Positions 1 through 9,087 of a DNA stretch of 32,000 nucleotides are shown here, piece after piece (position 1 is the stretch's first letter; each line of letters starts with the position of its first letter). The stretch lies in assembly GCA_048882505.1 (NCBI GenBank), contig JBHLRO010000005.1, positions 60,001-92,000 of the forward strand, written 5' to 3'. The notes below the pieces were generated by a model that saw only the letters and a list, made by a program, of their open reading frames with translations, had not been told where the DNA came from and did no database searches. The position numbers and the translations under genes were made by a program. Source of the DNA: Candidatus Thorarchaeota archaeon. Lineage in GTDB: Archaea > Asgardarchaeota > Heimdallarchaeia > Hodarchaeales > Hodarchaeaceae.

Positions 1-1416
1 AAATGTCTCTGCCTGAATATGGTGGGATTCATCTGCGATCAAGAGGCCAAACTTGTTAGTGAAAAATCCGATTGTATCAATTACGGTTTCTTCTTCTCGT
101 TGAGCTGCCTCTGATCGATCTTTTTGATATGCGTGGTAGTCTTGCAGGTATTGCGCCAGAAGCTGATAAGTAGAAATAACTACGGGATAATTGCGAAACG
201 CCTTTTTTTGTCCATTAAAGATACCTACACGTTCGACAGGTATTTGGAGGAACTTTCTTAGTTGAGTTACCCATTGATCCACCAAGGCAAGGTTGGGTAC
301 TAGGATTAAAGTCCGTTGGCGGATTTTTTGGATTGCATCAATGCCTAGAAGAGTTTTACCACTGCCCGTGGGTAACTGAATGGTTCCAAAGTAATCATTC
401 GCAATCCAATGCTCCATTGCTTTTTTCTGGTAGGAGCGAAGGGTGTAAGAAGTGAGAATGGATAGGTTGGTTTCTTTCTTAGGCGGTTTAAATCTTGAAT
501 ACTTAACTTTGAAGAGCGGATAACGTTTAGAACTCCTTAACGATTCAGAAATAACCTTCCAGAAGTAATTACCACGAAACGCGGCCCAATAATCGATCTC
601 AATGGCCATTGATCCTGTTTGTCGGATACAGGGTAAATAATCTGCATCAGGGTCATCTTCAGAGCGTACGGCCATATATCGCGCGAATACATTGAATAAT
701 GAGTGAAACCATGTATTAAAGTTCTCGTTCCAATGGATTTGCAAACGGTCTTCTTCAGTCTTAACAGTAACTAGAAAATCGTTGCTAGCAACTCGAGCCA
801 GCTTCTCTAATTTACGTTTAACTCCAGCTGCGTAAATAATCTTAATGCCCGCCTTTCTTAGCATTGCTAGGTCTTCAAAAGCCAGCTGGGGAAATGCAAG
901 TTCGAATTTGGTGGGTCGATGAGTTCTATCATTCTCCCAATAGCCATTAGTGCTCTTAAAATTGCGCTGCCAAATGCTAAATTGCTCTTCCACCCAATCC
1001 TGGTAGAAAAACTTCCGCTCATAATCCGCCTCCGTGATTTCCTTTTCAAGGTACAGGAACAGATCCTGAACATTCAGCGGTCTAGAACGTTCCGATTTAT
1101 AATGAGGCCGACGCGAGGGAATCCAGGCATTAATTTTGGTGAAAGGATGCCATGGAAATTCAACGAGAAAACTTAGGTCGTTTTCAATCCTAACTTCATA
1201 CGGTTTCCTTCGTGTTTTCCTAAGTTTTGCTTGCCACGCCTCCTTACTGATGCTCGCGCCCTCCAAACGTGGGCTTTGATCGCCCCGTAATCCTAGGTTG
1301 GGAGACGAACAAATGTGTGTCCGGACATTGTGTCGACAGAGTGGGGCTGAGCATTTGCTACACCTATAAATCGGCGCGTCTGCGGCGGCACATTCATTGC
1401 AGATTTCCAGACTCAT
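1..1416 (-). CDS. xpb: XPB/Rad25-like SF2 DNA helicase with long N-terminal extension and N-terminal Zn finger (3' end runs off the window)
   Basis: Translated by hand: open frame from ATG at 1416 to position 1 (472 codons). Q-motif LRSYQ, Walker A LPTGSGKT (352-375), motif Ia LILVPNLALVDQW, ISTYQ, Walker B LLIADESHH (DESH at 22-33). Absent from the ORF track because it has no stop in the window. Confidence 0.9.
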   Translation of the reverse strand, partial: MSLEICNECAAADAPIYRCSKCSAPLCRHNVRTHICSSPNLGLRGDQSPRLEGASISKEAWQAKLRKTRRKPYEVRIENDLSFLVEFPWHPFTKINAWIPSRRPHYKSERSRPLNVQDLFLYLEKEITEADYERKFFYQDWVEEQFSIWQRNFKSTNGYWENDRTHRPTKFELAFPQLAFEDLAMLRKAGIKIIYAAGVKRKLEKLARVASNDFLVTVKTEEDRLQIHWNENFNTWFHSLFNVFARYMAVRSEDDPDADYLPCIRQTGSMAIEIDYWAAFRGNYFWKVISESLRSSKRYPLFKVKYSRFKPPKKETNLSILTSYTLRSYQKKAMEHWIANDYFGTIQLPTGSGKTLLGIDAIQKIRQRTLILVPNLALVDQWVTQLRKFLQIPVERVGIFNGQKKAFRNYPVVISTYQLLAQYLQDYHAYQKDRSEAAQREEETVIDTIGFFTNKFGLLIADESHHIQAETF

Positions 1417-1683
1417 GAGAAATGGATTCCCCGTGGCTCTATTAGTTCTTTATTCGAAGGTAGGCGCTTTATTTCGGGTGTTGAGAGCGCCTTAAGATGA
1501 GATGAAAGCGAAGGATGGGTGATGGGGTGAAAAAGGATTGGTTTAACGGATAAGAATGCTAAAACTTCTTAATTCCCTCTGGTTGAATCTACATCAAGCT
1601 CCTTTATTAAACCTTTGCTTATTAACCCACGAATTTGTCATATTGGTACCCTTTAGTTAGTGTGTAACCTCTAATCAATTCCA

Positions 1684-2676
1684 CTATGTATAAGAGTCTG
1701 AAGCAATAGGAGATCCGCATTCTTGACAAAACTTGTCATCTTTTAGCACCATTTCCCCACATCGTTCACAAAATCTCACATAATCCTCCATATCTAATTC
1801 TGGTCTGCCCAAAAACCTCTCCAAGGATATTTGAGGAGGATCCCCCGCTTTCTTCCTGACTTTTGTCAAATCAACTGCATTCGGAGTTGGATAATCCTGT
1901 TTCAGTAGAATTGCCAGCTGGCGAGCGTTGTTAGGCGCCGACCCGTGCGGGTGGTTATTGAAATACACATAAATATCTCGTAACTGTTTGTTTTGAGTGA
2001 TTTCCTGGAGCTTACTTTTCCAAGACCTAAGTTCCTCAATAGAATACAGGTAATTGTACCAAGGTTTGAGGCCGTGTCCGTGGAATCGCATATATACGAA
2101 ATCAGAGGTAACAGGAAGTAGCGGCGGGAGAAGCGGCTCGTCTACAATACAATATGCAATATTGTGAGTCATGAGCAAATCCATAGTTTCCTCATACCGG
2201 GGTCGTTCTATCCAGGAAAGGTCTCGAAACTCAACCGCTAATCTAAGTTCTGATGGCCATTTCTGTAAAAACACTTTAAGATCATTGAAGTAATCGGAGG
2301 AGAATCTTGGGGGTAATTGAAGGAGGGCAGGGCCTATTTTTTTCCTTAGGGCAGAAGTCATTGTTTCTAAAAAGGGAGTGAGATCCAAAAAATAATCTTC
2401 ACGGAGCTTTTTTTTATGCGTAATGGTTCGTGGAATTTTATACGAGAATATAAAATACTCTGGCACCTGTTGATACCATTTCTGCACAGATGCTGTCCGA
2501 GGGGGGGAATAAAATGAAGTATTGATTTCGACAGTAGGAAAAATCTCTGAGTAAAAGGCTAATCTTTGATGATTCGCAATGCTTTGGGGGTAAAAAGGGA
2601 GTTGGGTTTGTTCATGTTTAGCATGCCAATCTGGATAACCCCACCCACTTGTTCCGATCCATAGCCCGATGGGCAT
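1684..2676 (-). CDS. DUF72 (YecE-like) protein with C-terminal PIP box and double-CxxC zinc ribbon
   Basis: IGTSGWGYPDW, VEINTSFYSPP, FSYKIPRTITH, LLQLPP, AVEFRD, YMRFHG, YVYFNNH are DUF72 motifs; tail QISLERFL then CERC...CQEC. Confidence 0.9.
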   Translation of the reverse strand: MPIGLWIGTSGWGYPDWHAKHEQTQLPFYPQSIANHQRLAFYSEIFPTVEINTSFYSPPRTASVQKWYQQVPEYFIFSYKIPRTITHKKKLREDYFLDLTPFLETMTSALRKKIGPALLQLPPRFSSDYFNDLKVFLQKWPSELRLAVEFRDLSWIERPRYEETMDLLMTHNIAYCIVDEPLLPPLLPVTSDFVYMRFHGHGLKPWYNYLYSIEELRSWKSKLQEITQNKQLRDIYVYFNNHPHGSAPNNARQLAILLKQDYPTPNAVDLTKVRKKAGDPPQISLERFLGRPELDMEDYVRFCERCGEMVLKDDKFCQECGSPIASDSYT

Positions 2677-2690
2677 TGTTTATCCCAGCT

Positions 2691-4769
2691 TTAACCGTCA
2701 TCTTTTTCAGATTGCTTTGACCTTCTTTCCTCATCAAACGTAACGTGTTCAACTTCTTTGTCTACCTGTCGTTGGAGGACTGTGTTGATGATTGTCTTGC
2801 TGTGTTGAAACGCTCTATCTAAATAGGCTTCCACGGACTCACTATCGACAATTGTGGGATCTTCTGGTAAATTATGGTGCAAAGTATTAGTCTCTTGATC
2901 CCTAATCTCATTATCAACATAATAAAGTGCCCCAAGAGCGTCACGAAGGGCCTCAACTACCAAATCATTCATTTCTACTGATTTTCGTCCAACGGCAGAG
3001 AGATTTTGCATATACCTTATCATTTCTCTAGCAAGATCTTCTAGCTCGTCCTGCCAAACCTTTGTTACTGGTGTTTCGATGTAAACCTGAAAACCAGCAC
3101 GCAAAATCTTTTTGATCCAAACCTTATTTAATGATAGTTTTACGTTCCCAAAGGCACGAATCAGATAATTTTCTGCCACGTCACTGCTACCGAACTTGGG
3201 AGAAATATATGGGACTTTCCGTCGCAAAACTTCCTGGAGAAGTCCAGCCTGGATTTTTTCTGTGGTTAGCTGTAATTGGCCCGGGGTGGATTTGTAATGC
3301 ATGGAATATCGGGGATCATCCTGCACAATTAACTTCACCCGTTCTCGTACGGTGAGTTTTTCAGCGCTTACGAGTCCTTTGGCGGCCAAATCTAGAATGA
3401 AATCATCCCATAGTCGAAGTTTCCATTTACTAGATTCATAATATGCCTTATAATACTTCATGACGGCATTTATTTGGTTCCCCAGCCCTCTCGGAGCACT
3501 TCCTAGATTTCTGAAGGCATTCCGCAGAGGCCGTTCGATTCCTCCCTTGTGTATCCCTATCAAATATCGGTACGCAAGTCGACGAGCAAAATAATCGACT
3601 GAAACCTTTATCACATTTATCGTTGAATGGTGAAAAATCCCCTCCAGTGTTATTATGGGGTGTTCATCACTTTTACCCACTTTCAGGACATTCCTTTGGA
3701 TCTCCCTGATGAGATCAATCAGGGTAGTTTCTTCTCCCAAAGGGACATTACGCGTCCACTCAACAAACTTAACCCTTCTTAGAATATTGAGAAGTTTTTT
3801 GCCTAGTTTTTCCAGTCCTTTGGGTTTGCATTCCGCTTCCAAACCAAGCCGTGAAAAATCTATATCAAAGGTATAGTCCAACGAGGCCAATTGTTCAACA
3901 TCGCGGAGATAGGTATGTCCTTGAGGGGGATTCAGGAGAATAGAATCGAGATCTCCAAAAAGATACGACGAAAAAAACTCCAAAAGTTCTTCTTCAGCGA
4001 AATTCACAGAGCCTATCTTATTAGCAATGCGGATAACACGTTGAAGTTCAAGTCCACCCCGTGAAAGTTGCGCTCCTGCATGGGCCGCGTCTATCATTAG
4101 TGAGATCTTCCCCTCTCCTTTATCTGTGAATGTTGGTTTCTTGAATGAGAATCCGATCTGTTCCAGAATCTTGGCATGTTTAGTGATGTCCTCAAAGAAC
4201 ATTCGGTGACTTGCCTCGGCATCCTCTCCATAAACCACATTTGCATAAGCTTTTAGGCCCTCATCAATCCATTCCTTCTCATCTATGACGGTTACTCCCT
4301 CTAAACGAATTAATATGCGTTTTTCATAGTCGGGATACGGAATTACATCTCTCTCTGATATTTTCAGTGCATCTAGAAGAGAATAAAGAAATGGCGTCTC
4401 CTCCGGGACTGATGGCTCGTATTTATTCCGCTCAATGGTCGTTCGGTACTCCTCCGGCACTACCTCTACCGAACTGTCATGAATAGTATCCCTCTTTGCT
4501 ATATACTGATACGCATCCTCCCATAGGTCTTGATTGTCATTAATAAAGGTGAAAATGCTTGTAGAGGTGAGTGAATCGGCGGAAAATGACTTTCCCTTCC
4601 CCAAGATGGTTGCGTACATTTTAACAAAGCTGGGATTATGAAAGGCAGAGATTTTTTCATCGAACTTTGTTTTAACGATCTCTCTCCGTTGAACCATTGA
4701 ACTCGGGATCTCAGAGAGGCGTAAGTTGTCCAGTATAGCTCGTAACAATCGAATTTTGTCCTCTGTCAC
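2691..4769 (-). CDS. Hypothetical 692-aa protein
   Basis: Long open frame with GTG start; ends 14 bp before the DUF72 start; no family recognised. Confidence 0.8.
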   Translation of the reverse strand: MTEDKIRLLRAILDNLRLSEIPSSMVQRREIVKTKFDEKISAFHNPSFVKMYATILGKGKSFSADSLTSTSIFTFINDNQDLWEDAYQYIAKRDTIHDSSVEVVPEEYRTTIERNKYEPSVPEETPFLYSLLDALKISERDVIPYPDYEKRILIRLEGVTVIDEKEWIDEGLKAYANVVYGEDAEASHRMFFEDITKHAKILEQIGFSFKKPTFTDKGEGKISLMIDAAHAGAQLSRGGLELQRVIRIANKIGSVNFAEEELLEFFSSYLFGDLDSILLNPPQGHTYLRDVEQLASLDYTFDIDFSRLGLEAECKPKGLEKLGKKLLNILRRVKFVEWTRNVPLGEETTLIDLIREIQRNVLKVGKSDEHPIITLEGIFHHSTINVIKVSVDYFARRLAYRYLIGIHKGGIERPLRNAFRNLGSAPRGLGNQINAVMKYYKAYYESSKWKLRLWDDFILDLAAKGLVSAEKLTVRERVKLIVQDDPRYSMHYKSTPGQLQLTTEKIQAGLLQEVLRRKVPYISPKFGSSDVAENYLIRAFGNVKLSLNKVWIKKILRAGFQVYIETPVTKVWQDELEDLAREMIRYMQNLSAVGRKSVEMNDLVVEALRDALGALYYVDNEIRDQETNTLHHNLPEDPTIVDSESVEAYLDRAFQHSKTIINTVLQRQVDKEVEHVTFDEERRSKQSEKDDG

Positions 4770-5205
4770 ACGTACTTCCTCATTTCTATAGTATCAGCAT
4801 GCAAGTCAAATGCTGATCCCAGAAATTCCATTAGAAAGGAATTGGAGGATGAAATCCATCAATTCAATTATTCTAGGGGGGGAAACACTTAGTGAAATTC
4901 GACTCTGATTAAAAAGCATTCGAATAACAAACATTCATCTCCCCAGGAAGTATGAGTCGCTGCCAGATCCGTTTAAAAATCTCTGATTGTATGAACTTAC
5001 GAGGAACAAAAAATCCGTGTTACAACGTCTTCTCAAGCATTACTTCCCGTAGGGACAACCATTTCTTTATTATCTCCTACAACTGCCCTAGTTTGAGAAT
5101 AACGTATTAACTAAACTGTAATTGACTCCTGTCGTAAATGCCAGATAGCTTATCAAACATCCTAGGATCCTTGGTTCCTGATTCAGGTTTTAGTAACCTT
5201 CCGTG

Positions 5206-6186
5206 TCATTTGGCACAGAGACTATGCAGTCTATTGTCATCTTTATAAGCAACAGTGCAGGGATGACCTTCAGCCCGCCATATTTGCCGTGTGTTGAGGT
5301 TTGCAACCATAGACCAGAGAGTTCCAAGCTGAATTTCGTTTAGATGGCTGCAAACCAGTCCATCATGACCAGATAGAACAGACTTGAGGAATTTTTCGTC
5401 CAAGGTTGACGGAGGGTTCTTAAGAGAGTTATTGATGGCGGCATAGCGTGTTCTTGAATCAGGAGGTTCAAAGAGCCTTATATTTCGCATTTTAGGATGA
5501 TTAAGGTGATTAGTTGAAATTATGAATCCATCATCAGAGTATCTGACTTCCGTTTGCATGGGGCTCGCTTCTACGACCGCCATAGCGCCTGTTGGATCCG
5601 CTAAAAGAAAAGTGATGGTGCAATGGTGAGGAAGATCTAGAAGGAAGTCTATCCCTTCTTGGACTGTATGACACTTATCTAAGATGTACCTAATGCATAT
5701 CCAGAACGCAATACCTGGCTTAAAATAGTCGGTAATACCACTCATGGCGACCCCCAGTCCTTTCTCATTGATACCATCTTCGCGTCCAATAAAAATGTCG
5801 GTATGACCGATGCTTCGGTATCCATCAAGGGGGGAGGTAAAATAACATTCGGTGAATTCTTGGAGCGAATAGAACATGTCGTAGTTTCTTCCCAGGAAAG
5901 TCTGTTCTCCATCGGTTACTGCAAATATACTACACTTTGGAAGTGATTGGGGATGCAGTAAAACCTGGGCCTCCAATTTAGAAGATTTCAGTTCAGCTGC
6001 TTCTGCAACTCCATCCAATTCATCCAAAATTTTGGGGAATATCGTGGCCACGTGATTTCTGCAATCTTTCGCTAACTTCAAAACCTTCTCAGTGAAGTTT
6101 GGAAGTCGAAATCCAGCAGTTTTCAATTTTTTTCCGTATTCTAGGCCCATCTCATAGTACGGGCCTTTTAGATCTGTAAAGTGCAT
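5206..6186 (-). CDS. Peptidase C45 / acyl-CoA:6-APA acyltransferase-like Ntn hydrolase
   Basis: Internal nucleophile motif CSIFAV...GRNYD, DGINEKGL, STNH, typical of family C45. Confidence 0.88.
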   Translation of the reverse strand: MHFTDLKGPYYEMGLEYGKKLKTAGFRLPNFTEKVLKLAKDCRNHVATIFPKILDELDGVAEAAELKSSKLEAQVLLHPQSLPKCSIFAVTDGEQTFLGRNYDMFYSLQEFTECYFTSPLDGYRSIGHTDIFIGREDGINEKGLGVAMSGITDYFKPGIAFWICIRYILDKCHTVQEGIDFLLDLPHHCTITFLLADPTGAMAVVEASPMQTEVRYSDDGFIISTNHLNHPKMRNIRLFEPPDSRTRYAAINNSLKNPPSTLDEKFLKSVLSGHDGLVCSHLNEIQLGTLWSMVANLNTRQIWRAEGHPCTVAYKDDNRLHSLCAK

Positions 6187-6308
6187 TTGAATTCAGATGA
6201 GAATATGCTAACTGAAATTTAAGGCTTTTTGGGGTTTTAAGTAAAAAATTAGACAATACCAGCGATTTATTTACCAAAAGGTATAAGCTTGGATCGAAAG
6301 GTGTAACT

Positions 6309-6617
6309 TTGATTATGGCCGTTCTCAGACGATTATCGGAAGTTTTTAGTGCATTAGGTAATGAAGGACGATTAAGGATACTTCAGGCTATAAAACGAGG
6401 AACCTCAAACCCAGGCGAGCTTTCCCGACTCTTAGGGCTTCCTCGATCAACAGTTGAAAAAAACATTCGCATCTTAGCGAGGGCAAACCTCCTAGAAAAA
6501 AAGCCTGGATTGAGTCCCAAAGGGCAGCTAAGGGTTTACTATCAGCAGACGGGTTTATCAGCGCTTCTTATGGAAACAGCCATGCGTTTGTTTGATGAAA
6601 AGACCTCTTATCCCTAA
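6309..6617 (+). CDS. ArsR-family winged-helix transcriptional regulator
   Basis: FSALGNEGRLRILQAI...GELSRLLGLPRSTVEKNIRILARANLL; divergent from the C45 gene. Start may be the ATG at 6315. Confidence 0.85.
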   Translation: MIMAVLRRLSEVFSALGNEGRLRILQAIKRGTSNPGELSRLLGLPRSTVEKNIRILARANLLEKKPGLSPKGQLRVYYQQTGLSALLMETAMRLFDEKTSYP

Positions 6618-6642
6618 TCAAACTCGCCAGGAGTGTTTAGGG
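6612..6642 (+). terminator. Imperfect hairpin at the ArsR stop (possible terminator)
   Basis: CCCTAA (6612-6617) pairs with TTAGGG (6637-6642); inner ACTC/GAGT. Confidence 0.25.
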
Positions 6643-6889
6643 TTGTATACGTTGAAAGGTTCTATTGCTGTCAAGGATTCTCTATTAGCCAATTAGTGCG
6701 TTGATTAAAGGTGTTATTTATTTACCAAGACATCGAGGCCTTGGTATTCTGTTTATCTTCGAGTGTAAGAGCTTTTGTTTAAACAAATCTCTTTGGTACT
6801 GATGCGATTAGGTCAAATAATAACTGAATGGGTGAATCGGATCTTGGTTTTCCCAAAGGAGAAGCTGGACATGAAAATGAGGTGAAGAA

Positions 6890-7305
6890 ATGACAAAACA
6901 TTCACAGGCTTTGAAGCAAATACAAGATGTTATCAGAAAAGAACTAGATGCTGCTGCGAACAATGAACTCAACTCTTATTTGGATAACCTATCAGAAAGC
7001 GCCGTTTTTTATCCACCGAACAGTGTGGGGAAAAAGGATAAAGATCTCAAGCAGTTTTTGGGAGATTTCCTGGCAGATTTCAGAGTAGGGTGGTTGAACT
7101 TCGATCATCTTGAGATCAGCATAATAAGTAATCTTGCCTACCACATCTACAGCTATAAATGGAAAATAACACCTAATTCAGGGGGAAATCCATCCGTGTT
7201 TACAGGAACTGGGATGCGTATCCTTCGTCGGATGTCGACCGCGAATGGAAGATTGAATGTGAACTTTGGAATTCACCGCCAAATGAGTATTTCGATCCTG
7301 ACTAA
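6890..7305 (+). pseudogene. SnoaL/DUF4440 (NTF2-like) protein with a single-base frameshift near 7230
   Basis: The ORF-track frame loses family character after GMRILRR; the -1 frame reads DVDREWKIECELWNS...DPD-stop (TAA 7303-7305), the RRxxDxxWKI...WN end expected for this family. Confidence 0.7.
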
Positions 7306-7360
7306 GAGAGAACCACATGGGAGATTTCGTTTAGGAGGTGGATCCGAATTGCTCCTCGAG

Positions 7361-7585
7361 CTAATAAACTCCTAAGCCGACTATTAGAGCATCAATCAGT
7401 AGTACGATGAGTTGGATTGAACCATCGATAAGCAAGTCGAACTGAACAATCGATTGTACTCCACAAACGAATAGCGCAAGGAAAAGCGCGAGGTAATACA
7501 CGACAGCGATAACCTGACCAACAACTCCAATAATGCCCCCATACACCATTTTAGTTCCAACCTTTACGTTTATGGCTTTTGCCAT
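7361..7585 (-). CDS. Small membrane protein (74 aa, two hydrophobic segments)
   Basis: ATG preceded by purine-rich GAGGAAAGAGG; hydrophobic GGIIGVVGQVIAVVYYLALFLALFVCG and IQLIVLLIDALIVGLGVY. Confidence 0.5.
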   Translation of the reverse strand: MAKAINVKVGTKMVYGGIIGVVGQVIAVVYYLALFLALFVCGVQSIVQFDLLIDGSIQLIVLLIDALIVGLGVY

Positions 7586-7944
7586 ATTTTTTTCGCCTCT
7601 TTCCTCATTAGATACCAGGTTTTTCTATCGTTGAGTTAAATATCATTTGCATGCGAGAATCGGAGGGAGATTCCATCGGGAATATAATCTGTCTTCAAGC
7701 TACAGACGTCAAGGGCTCTGTACAGGTGTCGAAGGATTAGGAAAGGGATGCTGCGTTCTGACTAGAGAAAAATACACCCTAAATTGCATATTAGGGAAGA
7801 AGTTGGTTAAAGACCAGCCGCAGATTTTCATAACTTTTTCTCAAACATTCGTAACGTCATCTTCTCATTTTCAGTCATCTTTGCTGACCTCTCTCTTGTA
7901 CATCTTTATTACTCCCCCCTCCTTCCAACTCTACTCGGCAAAGA

Positions 7945-8781
7945 ATGCGAGGCCATGACACTTTCAGTGGATACTCCACAAATAGCTTTATTTCTGCCGA
8001 TGCGCGATACGCTCAACTTCAAGATTGCCTTCGTTTCGGGATTACTCAGCTAGATGAACTGTTGGTAGGGGCGCTCCGACCTGGAAGCCTGGTACTCTTT
8101 TATGGAGAGTGGTCACGAGGAAGTTTGCGCAAATTCATCACTCAAATGACTGTTTCCTTATTATCTAGTAATCCCACAGTGGATATTGCCTTTGTAGATG
8201 GAGCGAACATATTTCCATATCATGATGTGTCATTAGAGGTCAGGAAGCAGGGATATGATCCGCTAAAATCACTGGATCGTATTCAATTGGCACGGGCGTT
8301 CAATTATCATCAAATCACCGAGATTGTTACAAAAAACCTTCCCCAACTGATACACGAACGGCCGACAATCCGATTAATCTTTGTTCCGCAAATTTCTTCC
8401 CAATATCTCTCCGAAGAGGCTGCGCAGTATCTCGCCTATGCGAAGCAACCCGCAATCGCCTCATTGGCCGAACTCAAGACTACAGTAGGAAAATTGAAGT
8501 CATTGGCACTCCAATATGATCTGGCTGTCATCACAACCGCTGAACCCGCCCCTCATTCTCGAAATAAGGCCTTGGGAGGAACATTTATCGCCCACGCCGC
8601 TACTACCGTAGTACGTGTCTCCCCTGACCCCGCTAGAGGTAGACAGGTGACAAACTATCGTTTCTTCCTCCAGCAAGACCCTGCTCACCCTGAGACAGTG
8701 GGTCAGATTAAGGCTCAACCCCTACGAATGGATCATCCCCTTACCTTAACCCGATTCCTTGATCCAGAAATAAAGGACTGA
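7945..8781 (+). CDS. Inactivated RecA/RadA-superfamily ATPase associated with PolB2
   Basis: FGITQLDELLVGALRPGSLVLFYG entry; Walker A degenerate (GEWSRGSL, no Lys); FVDGAN, IQLARAFNYHQ, GGTFIAHAA are RadA-like motifs. Confidence 0.85.
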   Translation: MRGHDTFSGYSTNSFISADARYAQLQDCLRFGITQLDELLVGALRPGSLVLFYGEWSRGSLRKFITQMTVSLLSSNPTVDIAFVDGANIFPYHDVSLEVRKQGYDPLKSLDRIQLARAFNYHQITEIVTKNLPQLIHERPTIRLIFVPQISSQYLSEEAAQYLAYAKQPAIASLAELKTTVGKLKSLALQYDLAVITTAEPAPHSRNKALGGTFIAHAATTVVRVSPDPARGRQVTNYRFFLQQDPAHPETVGQIKAQPLRMDHPLTLTRFLDPEIKD

Positions 8782-8787
8782 ATACAC

Positions 8788-9069
8788 ATGGGACGTACTC
8801 TCCCGTCATTTCGACGCATGCTCGAAAAAGAACGTTTTGAGTGGGAGCGGCACTTTGCTAGTCGTCTGCGTGGCATCGACAAGACGAGTTTTACTCAATT
8901 ATGGGAAAAGGCCTTTCAATTAGCCGATGCAGCCTCCGGTAACACTCGTCCTCTTGTTTACGACAATGTGGTCATGTCGATGTTAGTCAGCCAGCAATCC
9001 GAAATCCAGCGCTTGAAACAGAAAGTGAAACAATTGGAGGGGGGATCTGGTTCGTCTTCCAATCCCTAG
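8788..9069 (+). CDS. Small alpha-helical/coiled-coil PolB2-associated protein (arCOG07300-like)
   Basis: MGRTLPSFR N-terminus, C-terminal coiled coil, located between the RadA-like gene (6-bp gap) and polB2 (18-bp gap). Confidence 0.8.
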   Translation: MGRTLPSFRRMLEKERFEWERHFASRLRGIDKTSFTQLWEKAFQLADAASGNTRPLVYDNVVMSMLVSQQSEIQRLKQKVKQLEGGSGSSSNP

Positions 9070-9087
9070 ATGGCGTAATATAAGAAA

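Noticed and set aside
867-1176. ORFs 867-1073 (-) and 919-1176 (+)
   Set aside because: Shadows of the XPB-like frame, which spans this region with a continuous reading.
7820-7875. ATTTTC hexamers resembling the Sulfolobus UV-response element (ANTTTC) upstream of the PolB2 operon
   Set aside because: A degenerate 6-mer is expected by chance in T-rich DNA, and the lineage is different.
7647-7958. 103-aa plus-strand ORF upstream of the radA-like gene
   Set aside because: Low-complexity S/T/F translation of a pyrimidine-rich promoter region; no motif; overlaps the real start.
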